A DNA stretch of 64,000 nucleotides from Promethearchaeota archaeon (GTDB lineage: Archaea; Asgardarchaeota; Lokiarchaeia; Sigyniarchaeales; SOKP01). The notes beneath the pieces were generated by a model, which worked only from the letters and a program-made list of their open reading frames with translations, was not told the DNA's origin and made no database searches. Below are positions 50,102 to 60,287 of this stretch, one piece after another. Within the stretch, counting starts at the first letter, position 1; each line of letters opens with the position of its first letter. Made by a program: the position numbers and the translations under genes. The stretch is from assembly GCA_048939995.1 (NCBI GenBank), contig JBHLOY010000001.1, forward strand, positions 1 through 64,000, written 5' to 3'.

Positions 50102-51577
50102 ATGGCAAAAAAGAAAAATGAAGCTCCTTTAACTGGGATAACTGTATCTAAAGATAAAGATTTTTCTGCTTGGTATACTGAGTTAATCAATAAAGCAGAA
50201 TTAGCAGATATTAGATACAATATTAAAGGTTTTGTTGTTTATAGAGAATGGGCAACAATCACTATCAGAAAAATGTATAAAAAAACAGAGGATTTGCTAG
50301 ATAAAAAGGGTCATCTTCCCTTGACTATGCCTTCCCTTATTCCCGAATCTAATTTCCTATTAGAAATGCAACATGTGGAAGGTTTTTCTCCCGAAGTATT
50401 TTGGGTTACTGAAGCAGGAAGTTCAGGTAAACTATCAGAACGTTTGGCACTACGACCTACAAGTGAGACTGCACTTTACAAAATGTACGCTTTATGGATA
50501 AGGAGTTATAAAGATTTACCGTTTAAGAGATATTTATCATGCCAAGTTTGGAGATATGAGGGCAAAATGACAAGACCATTCTTTAGAGGTAGAGAATTCC
50601 ATTGGATTGAATCGCATAATGTTTTTGCTACTATGGAAGATGCAATGAAACAGGTTAAAGAAGATATGGAAACAACCTATGAAATACTCCAGGATGAATG
50701 CTGTATCCCTATTATCTTTTTTCAGAGACCAGAATGGGATAAATTTCCAGGAGCAGTTCATACCTACGCCGCCGATGCATTAATGGGTTCTGGAAAAGTT
50801 TTACAACTGCCTTCGACACATTTATTGGGACAGAATTTTGCTAAACCCTTTGAAGTAAAATTTGTAGATAAGGATGGAGAAGAAAAATACGCTTATCAGA
50901 CTTGTTACGGACCCGCTCAAAGCAGGAATTATGGAGCAATGATTGCATATTTAGGTGATGATAAAGGCTTAATATTACCATTTGATTTGGCACCAGTTCA
51001 AATTATTATAATTCCCATTATTTATAAAGGAAAAGAGGAAATTGTCAAAAAGAAAGCTTATGAAATATATACTAAATTAAAAGATTATTATGGGGTTAAG
51101 ATCGACGACTCAGATGAATCTGTCGGAAATAAATATTATTTCTGGGAACTTAAGGGTGTCCCTCTCAGAATAGAAATTGGTCCAAAAGATATTGAAAAAA
51201 AGCAGATAGAAATTGTTAAACGTCATGACAATAAGAGATTTACTATAAAGGAAAGCGATTTACAATCTAAGATAAAGGAACTGACTGAAAGTTATACAAA
51301 AGAAATCAAGAAGAAGTCTTTGATTGATTTTGAGTCTCAAGTTGAGTGTGTTTACGAAAAAGACGCAGCAATTGAAGCAATTAATAATGGTAAAATTGTG
51401 TGTTGTGGATTTTGCTCAATTGATATGGATGGATATAAATGTGCTGAAGTAGTTGAAAAGGATATTCAAGGATTTGTTCGTGGTAAAAGGGTTGATGAAG
51501 AAAAACATGAATTTGCTACATGTTTAATATGTGGAAAGCCAGCTGGATGCACTGTTTATATAGCCAAAAGTTATTAA
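50102..51577 (+). CDS. proS: Proline--tRNA ligase (archaeal/eukaryotic type)
   Basis: HVEGFSPE, LALRPTSET, RPFFRGREFHW, HLLGQNF, GVPLRIEIGP, IAKSY C-terminus. Confidence 0.97.
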   Translation: MAKKKNEAPLTGITVSKDKDFSAWYTELINKAELADIRYNIKGFVVYREWATITIRKMYKKTEDLLDKKGHLPLTMPSLIPESNFLLEMQHVEGFSPEVFWVTEAGSSGKLSERLALRPTSETALYKMYALWIRSYKDLPFKRYLSCQVWRYEGKMTRPFFRGREFHWIESHNVFATMEDAMKQVKEDMETTYEILQDECCIPIIFFQRPEWDKFPGAVHTYAADALMGSGKVLQLPSTHLLGQNFAKPFEVKFVDKDGEEKYAYQTCYGPAQSRNYGAMIAYLGDDKGLILPFDLAPVQIIIIPIIYKGKEEIVKKKAYEIYTKLKDYYGVKIDDSDESVGNKYYFWELKGVPLRIEIGPKDIEKKQIEIVKRHDNKRFTIKESDLQSKIKELTESYTKEIKKKSLIDFESQVECVYEKDAAIEAINNGKIVCCGFCSIDMDGYKCAEVVEKDIQGFVRGKRVDEEKHEFATCLICGKPAGCTVYIAKSY

Positions 51578-51627
51578 GTAATTGGAATTTAAATAATCAT
51601 AAAGCATTATTTTTAAAATGATTAAAT

Positions 51628-51804
51628 ATGTCAGAAAAGGAAAGAGTTATCGAAATATTTAAAAATTCTGGAAAACCATTACGTCCAGGTGATATTGCAT
51701 CGGAATTAGGAATAGACTCTAAGGAAGTTTCTAAAATAATTAAGGAATTAAAAGATGAAGGAAAAGTACATTCCCCTAAGCGTTGTTATTATGCTTTAAA
51801 ATAA
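51628..51804 (+). CDS. 58-aa stand-alone winged-helix protein (below ORF-track cutoff)
   Basis: MSEKERVIEIFKNSGKPLRPGDIASELGIDSKEVSKIIKELKDEGKVHSPKRCYYALK. Confidence 0.85.
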   Translation: MSEKERVIEIFKNSGKPLRPGDIASELGIDSKEVSKIIKELKDEGKVHSPKRCYYALK

Positions 51805-52023
51805 ATAATCACTACTTTTCTTTATTTTTACAAAATCTTTTTCCGAAAGTTAATAAACTATTTAAATTAAAGTCAGTTTTTCTATATATTTAAATATAAA
51901 AAAGATTATTTATCCCATAACTGTTTATTTCTTTTAGAATGCTAAATAGATTAAATATACATAAACATTTTCTTAATTTATAAATTTAATTTTTGCTATA
52001 ATAAATGAATAGAGGTAAGGTTT

Positions 52024-52494
52024 ATGAACTCTCAAAAAATTGAATGGAAAAATAGTTTAATAAAAAGTATAATTTATAGAGGAATAACATTAGTATTAGG
52101 TACATTAACTGCTTATCTACTTACTGGGAGCATAGCTATTGCCACTGGTACAGCCCTTTTAACAGAAGCTGTACAAGCAGTAAACTATTTTATTTATGAA
52201 TTAATCTGGAGCAACATTGCCAGAAGAAAGTTGGAGAAAAAGATTCTTCAACAAATAAAAAATAAAGAAATTAATTTAAAAATTGACTATACCTCAATTC
52301 TCGATTTAGCATATCATATTTCTCAAATAGACACATTTGTTCCTAAACTTTATCTTTCGGGTTTAAATATTTTTAAAAGCATGTTGGAGAATCAAGATTT
52401 AGAAGAAGTGCATGATGAGATTGAAAAATATAAGAATCATTATGTGAAAGTCCATACAGGAAGAAAAATGTTCTTCTTAAGTGAAGAGCAATGA
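52024..52494 (+). CDS. DUF2061-like membrane protein
   Basis: SLIKSIIYR...YFIYELIW; GAGGT SD upstream. Confidence 0.7.
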   Translation: MNSQKIEWKNSLIKSIIYRGITLVLGTLTAYLLTGSIAIATGTALLTEAVQAVNYFIYELIWSNIARRKLEKKILQQIKNKEINLKIDYTSILDLAYHISQIDTFVPKLYLSGLNIFKSMLENQDLEEVHDEIEKYKNHYVKVHTGRKMFFLSEEQ

Positions 52495-52549
52495 TTTTTT
52501 GTTCTAAATAATTAGGAAAAAATAATAAAATTATAAAAAACCCTACTTT

Positions 52550-52705
52550 CTAAGAGATGGCAAGAATTTGAGACTTCTCTTTTTGTATGAATTTTTGTTC
52601 TGAATCTTCATACTCACAATCTAAACATTGAACAATTACGGGAGGAAAATACTTGATAATTCGGGGTTTTTTCATGCTAGAACAATTTGGACAATTATAG
52701 TACAT
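52550..52705 (-). CDS. Small zinc-ribbon protein
   Basis: From ATG 52705: MYYNCPNC...VQCLDCEY. Confidence 0.6.
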   Translation of the reverse strand: MYYNCPNCSSMKKPRIIKYFPPVIVQCLDCEYEDSEQKFIQKEKSQILAIS

Positions 52706-52863
52706 TTTTGTCTCCAAAATTACAGTAAGTCCAACTGTGATATTTTTAGAGAATAATAAAAAGTTCAATATTTTTTAAAAATATGTCATTAATTCTTAAA
52801 GTAGGTAAGATTTAAGATTTGTAAAGTGTTTTTCTTATCAAACAATTTTAAGTTATATTTAAT

Positions 52864-53766
52864 ATGCAAGACTTTTTTAATGTGATTTCAGAAGATTTTC
52901 CTGAAATTTATTTTGTAGAGGGAGCAAGAAAGGGTAAATATCCTTATTCACATTCTTTGCTTGTTCAAGATTACTTATTTGATACAGGAATATCATCCAG
53001 ATTGTTAAGAAAGTTAAAAAGAGAGTTTAAAATCAATTTTGTGTTATTATCTCATTGGCATGAGGACCATATATCAGGAAATAGAATTTTAACTGATTGT
53101 AAATTTTTTATACATCCAAAAGATAAAAAGTTCGTTGAAAATGTTGATAAATTTAATGATTATTATGGATTGACAGATTCTCCAGCCGTAGAATTATTTA
53201 GTTGGCTAGAAGATGCTTTAAAACTAAAAAATACTGAAATTGAAAAAGTTATTCAGGATAATGAACTCATAAAATTGAATAATAAATATACTATAAAAGT
53301 GATTCATACCCCAGGACATACTGCTGGTCATTGTTCCTTCTATGAATTAAATTCTAATATCGCATTTTTAGCCGATATAGATTTAACTAATTTTGTATTT
53401 TATGCTGGTATTGATTCCAATTTACTTGAATTTGAAGATTCAATTAAAAAACTTGAGAATCTAGATATTGATATAGCTGTGACAGGCCACCGAGGTATCA
53501 TTGAAGGTAAAAAAGAGATAAGGGAAGGACTGAAAAATTATCAATCAATTATTTACAAGCGAGATGAACGAATTCTTTCAAAATTTTCAGAATCTAACCC
53601 CATTAGGGTGGAGGATTTTAAAAAAAAAAACTATATCTATAAATATTATAGTGAGTTTAAAGAATATGAGATCATAGCTGAATTGATAATGATTCAAAAG
53701 CATTTTGATAAATTTTTAACACAAAAACTTATTTCTCCAAAAAATAATGGGTTTATACTAATTTGA
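52864..53766 (+). CDS. Metallo-beta-lactamase fold hydrolase
   Basis: SHWHEDH, TPGHTAGH, TGH. Confidence 0.9.
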   Translation: MQDFFNVISEDFPEIYFVEGARKGKYPYSHSLLVQDYLFDTGISSRLLRKLKREFKINFVLLSHWHEDHISGNRILTDCKFFIHPKDKKFVENVDKFNDYYGLTDSPAVELFSWLEDALKLKNTEIEKVIQDNELIKLNNKYTIKVIHTPGHTAGHCSFYELNSNIAFLADIDLTNFVFYAGIDSNLLEFEDSIKKLENLDIDIAVTGHRGIIEGKKEIREGLKNYQSIIYKRDERILSKFSESNPIRVEDFKKKNYIYKYYSEFKEYEIIAELIMIQKHFDKFLTQKLISPKNNGFILI

Positions 53767-53924
53767 AAATTTAAAAAAAGAGTGAATTTAATCTTTTTCT
53801 TTAGCTAATTTATCAACTTTACTTGGAATTCGCAAAATGCAAGTTATCTGAACAAGAACAATCAGAAATAAAGGAACAGTTAGATAAAGTAATTACTTTA
53901 GAAGAGGCTTAGACTTTTTAAAAG

Positions 53925-55448
53925 TCAATTTTCGATTGTACATATATTCCTTATTATCTCTAATAAAACTTCATATATAATGCCAACATCATCAATTTTT
54001 AACATTTCATTAGGAGTGTGTTCTCCAATAACCGTGGGCCCAATTGAAATTAATTCTAACTCGGGTAACTTTTGACTAATCATACCTGTCTCTAAGCCCC
54101 CATGTACTAAATTTGTTTTGACAGGTTTTTGATATACTAATTCATATTGTTTCCTTGCATAATGCAAAAATTTGGACTTGGGTTTTGGTATCCATTCTGG
54201 TAAAATGGATCTTAAATCCATTTGCCACCCTCCAAGCTCACCTAGCTGAACCATAGAACGCCTAAATGAATTTAGTTCAGATCTCACTATACTTCGAGGA
54301 TAAAGACGCATTATAATGCGATCTTCTTTTGTCCATACAATAGCAAAATTATTAGAAGATTCAGGAAAATCTTCATAAAAAGGTGAATATCTTAAGACTC
54401 CTTGAGGAAAAAGGCTCGTTGTATATAAAATAGTCCGTGTATCCTTAATCGATAAAAATCTATCAGGTTTTGACTTTTTCCAGGTGATATTTATATCAGG
54501 TTCTATTATCAAATGCCCTTCTTTGGAAGACTTATAATAATCATAGATAAATGATATCTCATCCTTAAGTTGTTTTTCAAAATTTTCTTCATCCTTTGAG
54601 TTAATAGCAAACTTAACTTCTGCATTTCTAGTTATTACATTTGACACTGTTCCCCCATTCCAGTAACATAAATAGATATTGAAATTTTGGAAAATGTTTG
54701 ATAAAATTTTACTAATCAACTTATTTGCATTTGCTCGAGGTAAATGAATATCAGCTCCAGAATGGCCTCCTAAAAGACCATTGATATTTAACTCAAAAAA
54801 TGAGAGATCTTTAATTGAATCAGCTTTTAGCCATTCAAATTCTTTTATAAATATAGTTCTTCCTCCACAAACTGATCCAATTGTGATTTCTCCGATAGGT
54901 CCACTGTCTAAATTTATCATATATTTACTTTGAATATCAAATTCCTTTGGATCTAGATTTGTAGCTCCATCAAAGCCATCTTCTTCATTAACAGTAAAGA
55001 GTACTTCAATAGGTCCATGAGAGTTCAATCTTTTATTGTCAACTAATAAAGCTAATGCGAATGCTAGACCAATTCCATCATCTGCGCCTAACGTAGTTCC
55101 ATCAGCATCAATCCATTCGTTATTTTCTTGTATTCTAATAGGAATTCCTTCCTCATCAAAATTGAATCCATCAAGTCTGCTAGTTTCACAAACCATATCT
55201 AAGTGAGCTTGAAGTAACAATGTTGGGCAATGTTCCATTCCAAGTGTAGCAGCTTTTTTAATCATTATACTTCCAGTAGTATCCTCTGATATTTTAATTT
55301 TCAAATCTTTTAATTCTGCTTGTTCTTTTAACCAAGTTTTAATTTTAGAACGGATTTTTTCTTCATGTTTAGATTTTCGAGGAGTTTTCGTAATAATATC
55401 CTCAAAAATTTTCCATACAATTTGTGGTTCTAATTTTTCCAACACCAT
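53925..55448 (-). CDS. pepD: M20C aminoacyl-histidine dipeptidase (PepD-like)
   Basis: QAHLDMV, TTLGADDG, NEEDG, GGHSG, HGGLE, HTPNE. Confidence 0.9.
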   Translation of the reverse strand: MVLEKLEPQIVWKIFEDIITKTPRKSKHEEKIRSKIKTWLKEQAELKDLKIKISEDTTGSIMIKKAATLGMEHCPTLLLQAHLDMVCETSRLDGFNFDEEGIPIRIQENNEWIDADGTTLGADDGIGLAFALALLVDNKRLNSHGPIEVLFTVNEEDGFDGATNLDPKEFDIQSKYMINLDSGPIGEITIGSVCGGRTIFIKEFEWLKADSIKDLSFFELNINGLLGGHSGADIHLPRANANKLISKILSNIFQNFNIYLCYWNGGTVSNVITRNAEVKFAINSKDEENFEKQLKDEISFIYDYYKSSKEGHLIIEPDINITWKKSKPDRFLSIKDTRTILYTTSLFPQGVLRYSPFYEDFPESSNNFAIVWTKEDRIIMRLYPRSIVRSELNSFRRSMVQLGELGGWQMDLRSILPEWIPKPKSKFLHYARKQYELVYQKPVKTNLVHGGLETGMISQKLPELELISIGPTVIGEHTPNEMLKIDDVGIIYEVLLEIIRNICTIEN

Positions 55449-55523
55449 AATTATTACCTAAATTCAATAATATTTTAATATTAATCAAAATTAAGAAAAT
55501 TTCAATTTTAATAGGTTTAAGAC

Positions 55524-56288
55524 ATGAATGAAATTGTGTTATATGAAAAAGAAGGAGATATTGGAAAAATAACTCTAAATAAACCAGAACAACGAAATGC
55601 AATAGATTTAGCAACACTTAATAAATTGATTGAATGTTTTAGGACAAGTGCTAAAAATAATGATGTTTGTTTAATATACGGGGCTAATGGAAAGAATTTT
55701 ACTGTGGGTGCTGATTTAAAATATGGATTTGATTTATTGAGTTCGAGCCAAAGACTAGCAGAAGCAATTGAGTTCTTAGAGTCGTGGCAAGTATTAACTA
55801 GAGCAATGTTAGCACATCCTGGAATAATAATAGCAGGACTTCATGGATGGGTTATTGGTGGTGGATTTGAGCATACACTAATATGTGATTTAAGAATAGC
55901 TGCAACAGATACCCGAATCATGCTTCCTGAAGTTGGTATTGGACTTTTCTTTTCAAATGCATCTACTAAGCTTTTACCTAGTATCATAGGGCAAGCTCGA
56001 GCGAAAGAGTTAATGTTATTAGGCAATGAAATCTCAGCTGAAGAAGCCTTTAAAATAGGCTTAGTAAATCAGATATGTCCTGAGGCTAGTTTGGACAGAA
56101 TCTTGAAGAAAACGGCAAACATAATTGTATCTAAAGATCATCTTGCTTTAAGATATACTAAATCATTTATTAATGAAAACCATGATTTAAATATTGAAGC
56201 TGTTTTGGCTCGCGAATCAATTGCAATGATTACTACAGGTCAATCGGATGAACTTAAGAAAAGACTTCAAAAATTTGTGAGAAAATAG
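55524..56288 (+). CDS. Enoyl-CoA hydratase/isomerase (crotonase)
   Basis: FTVGADL, GWVIGGGFE, CDLRIA, PEVGIG. Confidence 0.9.
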   Translation: MNEIVLYEKEGDIGKITLNKPEQRNAIDLATLNKLIECFRTSAKNNDVCLIYGANGKNFTVGADLKYGFDLLSSSQRLAEAIEFLESWQVLTRAMLAHPGIIIAGLHGWVIGGGFEHTLICDLRIAATDTRIMLPEVGIGLFFSNASTKLLPSIIGQARAKELMLLGNEISAEEAFKIGLVNQICPEASLDRILKKTANIIVSKDHLALRYTKSFINENHDLNIEAVLARESIAMITTGQSDELKKRLQKFVRK

Positions 56289-56350
56289 AAATTTTTTCCA
56301 AATAATTAACTAAATAATTTTTTAAATAGAACAAAATAGAAGGAATTAAT

Positions 56351-57505
56351 ATGAAAGCTATAAAATCACCTCCTGATAAAACCGAATTAGATAATAGGTT
56401 AGAAAAAGTTAAAGAATTAATGGAAAAAGAAAAATTAGACTATTATATCTCTTGTGATCCTGTGAATATCTATTATTTAACTAATTTTACATTTTATATC
56501 CACGAGCGCCCTTTTATTTTAATTATTCCTATAAATGAAACACCAATAATGTTACTCCCTTTATTGGAAAAAGGACATTTTGAAGAAAGAACAATTATTA
56601 AACCTCAAATAATCACTTATTATGAATTCCCCGCTCTTAAAGGCAAAAATTGGTTTGATTGTTACAAAAACTTAATTCCCGAGAATGTTAATGTCGGCAT
56701 AGAATCTTCTATGCCAGTAGGCATAGTAGAGAAAACAGCCGGTGAAAAATTCATTATCGACATAATCGAAGAAGTTAGAATCATTAAAACAGAGTATGAA
56801 ATTGGTAGGATTATTCATGCTTGCAAAATAGTGAATAAAGGTCATAAAGTATTACTTAAGAAATGTCGACCAAAAGTTTTGGAATTTGCGCTCTATAAAG
56901 AAGTGACAGATGCCATAACATCCAAGATTGTACAAGATATTCCCAAGGCTAATTTTAAAGCTACACAAGCTACTGCTGTAGTTTGGCCACCTTCAATTTC
57001 TCATGATCCCCATCTAGTTCCACATATCTTTGCCGAAATGAAACAAGGAGGACCTCATATATCGATGGTTCAAGTCCAAGTAGATGGTTATGGTGTTGAG
57101 TTAGAACGAACGTTTTTCTTAGGATATGTACCAGAAAAAGCAAAACAACCCTTTAACACTATGATTAAAGCTAGAGATTTAGCATTTAGCCTTTTAAAAC
57201 CCGGAACGCTTATGAGCGATATAGATAAAAAAGTGCGAGAATTTATAGCTGAGAAAGGATATAGTGATAATATTATCCATCGTACTGGACATGGTTTTGG
57301 AATAACAGGTCATGAAGCTCCTTATATTGCTGAAGGATATGATAGACAACTTGAAGCAAATATGGTAATTAGCATCGAACCGGGAATATACATTCCAGAT
57401 TTAGGAGGATTCCGCCATTCGGATACAGTATTAATAAATGATAAGGGGTATCAGAAATTAACAGAAGCCCCAGAAACACTTGAAGATCTGACACTATCAA
57501 TATAA
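56351..57505 (+). CDS. M24 Xaa-Pro peptidase / creatinase family
   Basis: HRTGHGFG, HEAP, SIEPGIY, GFRHSDT. Confidence 0.88.
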   Translation: MKAIKSPPDKTELDNRLEKVKELMEKEKLDYYISCDPVNIYYLTNFTFYIHERPFILIIPINETPIMLLPLLEKGHFEERTIIKPQIITYYEFPALKGKNWFDCYKNLIPENVNVGIESSMPVGIVEKTAGEKFIIDIIEEVRIIKTEYEIGRIIHACKIVNKGHKVLLKKCRPKVLEFALYKEVTDAITSKIVQDIPKANFKATQATAVVWPPSISHDPHLVPHIFAEMKQGGPHISMVQVQVDGYGVELERTFFLGYVPEKAKQPFNTMIKARDLAFSLLKPGTLMSDIDKKVREFIAEKGYSDNIIHRTGHGFGITGHEAPYIAEGYDRQLEANMVISIEPGIYIPDLGGFRHSDTVLINDKGYQKLTEAPETLEDLTLSI

Positions 57506-57516
57506 AAATGTTAATT

Positions 57517-58029
57517 TTATATTTCCTTAGTGATTTTTTCTAATATTTTTCTATTCGTAGGTTCTGGAATTTCCCCTTCAAAATAGCCCATTGGTAACAA
57601 GGTGAGAACATAATCATTTTTTCCAAGTTCAAGGATTTGTTTCGCCTTATCACGGTCCATTGAGCCAATCCAGCATGTACCTATCCCTAAAGCCCAAGCC
57701 ATAAGCATCATATTCATTGAAACTAACGAAGTGTCTTGAATGTACCATTTTGGACTTTGGTTTACTTTACCGATAATAGCGACTAATATCGGAGCTGTTG
57801 CTGTAAATTTACCATAAGTAGCTGTTTTTGTTAATGCTGCTTTTTTAGATTTACTCTTAACAACTATAAATTCCCACGGTTGCCTATTTGATGCACTTGG
57901 AGCCCATCTACCTGCTTCTAAAATCATTTCTAATTGTTTATCAGGTATTTCCTTTTCTTGGAAATTTCTAATACTACGTCTACTTTTCAAAAATTCTAAA
58001 AAATCTTCTGAGTTAATCATTTTTATCAA
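57517..58029 (-). CDS. Nitroreductase family protein
   Basis: RRSIRNF, APSASNRQPWEF, GIGTCWIG. Confidence 0.92.
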   Translation of the reverse strand: MIKMINSEDFLEFLKSRRSIRNFQEKEIPDKQLEMILEAGRWAPSASNRQPWEFIVVKSKSKKAALTKTATYGKFTATAPILVAIIGKVNQSPKWYIQDTSLVSMNMMLMAWALGIGTCWIGSMDRDKAKQILELGKNDYVLTLLPMGYFEGEIPEPTNRKILEKITKEI

Positions 58030-58172
58030 TAAAAAAGACTCAAACTTAATTTTATAATTATTATTAACCTTTAAATGTATTTCTAATGCTGCTTTAGGAG
58101 ATTTTTAGATTCAAAATACATAAACTATATTTTAATTCTTGCTTTGCTCATAAACGATTGGTTAATAAGTAT

Positions 58173-59432
58173 TTAATCTGATTTATTGTTATTAAAATAC
58201 TCTGATTCCAAATTAGGGTATATTTTTTTCTTTCTACCATCCTTTCTAAAATTAATCAGTCCGAGTTCTTTTAGTTTATTTACATGATATTGAATAGTTT
58301 TATGATCCACTTTCAGACGTTTAGTAATTAAGTTATTCCAGAGACCAGGTTCTTTTTCTATCATCTCTAAGACTTCTAACGTTAATTTGCTCTTACTTAG
58401 TTCTACATCTAAATTCGAAATTGGATTTTTTTGATAATATGGAAAATATGTTATAAACTTGCCTATTCTTTTTTTTCCTATGACCTTATACGTTTCTAAT
58501 ATATCTAAATGCCAAACAAGGTTCCCAGCAGCAATTCCCATTTCTCTTAAAAGTTCATTAAAATGAATACCAGGGTTTTTAAGAATTAGATCTATAATAG
58601 CATTTCTATTTTCATTTTCTAAAACTTCCTCTAAACTTAATCGATGTGCACCTTTTTGTATTGGGGTCTGTCTTGTCCTAAGGTAATGAAAGTAGTCCTT
58701 TTTTGATATTAATATCACTATAGAGCCAAAAGCAGCTGCTAAAATTATGATTAGAACTACCCAAAACCATCCATCAAAAATCTCAGTGATTTCAAAAAAT
58801 GTAACAAAGTATTCAGTGTTTGCTTCAATACTCGAAATAGAACTTTCTAAATAACTCTCAGAGCTAGTCTCGTTCAATATTTCATTAGTATCAATTAATT
58901 GCCATGATTCTTGAGTAGGATTATAAAATCCCATTGTATATTGAATACCCGGATTTAATCCATAAAAAGCATTTTTTATACTGCGAAAAACAAGATTTTC
59001 AATAGTTACATTGGATCTAATTCGATAAATACAGTTATATCGATATTGATATTGATTATTTCCTCTTCCTGGGTTTTCAGGTTGTCTAGTTAAGTTAAAT
59101 TCACCTATATCTACTCTAATTGTGACATTCAAGTATATGGGAATGCTATTATTAACAATTATGAAAATTTGACGATTTGAAATTCTATTTTCGTAATTAA
59201 TGTCAATATCTATAATTGTATCTGTAGAAATTCCAAAAATTATGTCATTTGGAAATCTATAGATCACCGTTTCATTTGGATGAATTCTATCTTGATGAGA
59301 AAAAGTGGGAATATCTTCACTTCTTGCTGACACTTGATACATAAAAAAAGTAAATTGAAGGATTACCATAATTGTTATTAATATACTAAATTTCTGTTGA
59401 TTTTTTCTAAAGAAAATGTGAATAAGCCTCAA
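58173..59432 (-). CDS. Membrane-tethered transcription regulator: signal + beta-rich ectodomain + TM + two winged-helix domains
   Basis: Signal-like N-terminus, TM WFWVVLIIILAAAFGSIVILI, then ENENRNAIIDLILKNPGIHFNEL...WHLDILE and PGLWNNLITKRL...TIQYHVNKLKELGLI. Confidence 0.85.
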   Translation of the reverse strand: MRLIHIFFRKNQQKFSILITIMVILQFTFFMYQVSARSEDIPTFSHQDRIHPNETVIYRFPNDIIFGISTDTIIDIDINYENRISNRQIFIIVNNSIPIYLNVTIRVDIGEFNLTRQPENPGRGNNQYQYRYNCIYRIRSNVTIENLVFRSIKNAFYGLNPGIQYTMGFYNPTQESWQLIDTNEILNETSSESYLESSISSIEANTEYFVTFFEITEIFDGWFWVVLIIILAAAFGSIVILISKKDYFHYLRTRQTPIQKGAHRLSLEEVLENENRNAIIDLILKNPGIHFNELLREMGIAAGNLVWHLDILETYKVIGKKRIGKFITYFPYYQKNPISNLDVELSKSKLTLEVLEMIEKEPGLWNNLITKRLKVDHKTIQYHVNKLKELGLINFRKDGRKKKIYPNLESEYFNNNKSD

Positions 59433-59501
59433 TTTTTTGTTATTCTATAATTATATAAAAATTTAAAAAAAAATAATATTTTCAATTAGATTTCTAAACG
59501 A

Positions 59502-60188
59502 TTATTTCCTTCTTTTAAGATATACAATTCCTATTACTATGACTGCCGCTACAATAGCTATACTAACGCCAATAATGATATATAAAGTAGTATTCTCTGG
59601 AATTAATATTGTCCAATATGAAAAATGAGTAATAGTGGCTGTTAGATATTCATCCTCAATAGTCGTTGGAACTGAAACCCATTCACTTGTAGCTTCATCG
59701 TAATAAGCCCAAGTCCCTACTCTGTTTTGATTGGTTGCTTGGATCCTTATTCTTGCTTGTGTGAAAGTTCCATTACATTCAATATAACAACAAAAACCTT
59801 CTTGATATTGATACGTATTTCTATTTCTTATCCTGTATGTATTACCCATTTGTAATCCTAGTTGCTCTTCTTCACGTGTACAAGTCATATTCATTTGTAA
59901 ATCATGAACTCCATCAATTTCGACTACAAAATCTTTAACACCAATCTGTAATGCTTCACAGTCCATGTTTAAATCTAAATTAACATTAGCTTGAAATGTT
60001 AATTGAGTCCTATCTCGAAAGCGAAACATCGTTCTAATATTTGCTTCTACCGTTTGTTGTCTTGTATCAACTGAAACGTTAACCGTGTCATCAGGGGGAT
60101 CCATAGCCACAACATTTAATGACGCAAACGTAGAAAAAAGCATCATCAAAAGAAATGTACTTAAAAGAATTTTACTTAATTTTCTCAT
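59502..60188 (-). CDS. Surface protein with paralogous ectodomain ending in THFS (GAIN/ZU5-type autoproteolysis motif) and C-terminal TM anchor
   Basis: Signal peptide, WAYYDEATSEWVSVPT...YLTATITHFSYWTIL, then TM and KRRK. Confidence 0.75.
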   Translation of the reverse strand: MRKLSKILLSTFLLMMLFSTFASLNVVAMDPPDDTVNVSVDTRQQTVEANIRTMFRFRDRTQLTFQANVNLDLNMDCEALQIGVKDFVVEIDGVHDLQMNMTCTREEEQLGLQMGNTYRIRNRNTYQYQEGFCCYIECNGTFTQARIRIQATNQNRVGTWAYYDEATSEWVSVPTTIEDEYLTATITHFSYWTILIPENTTLYIIIGVSIAIVAAVIVIGIVYLKRRK

Positions 60189-60287
60189 TTTTTATCTCTC
60201 AATTATTTTTAAGAAATACAAATCAAATCTATATAAAAAGGATTGAGGAATGATTCTTCCCAATTGAATTAAGTTCATTTTGGAATA

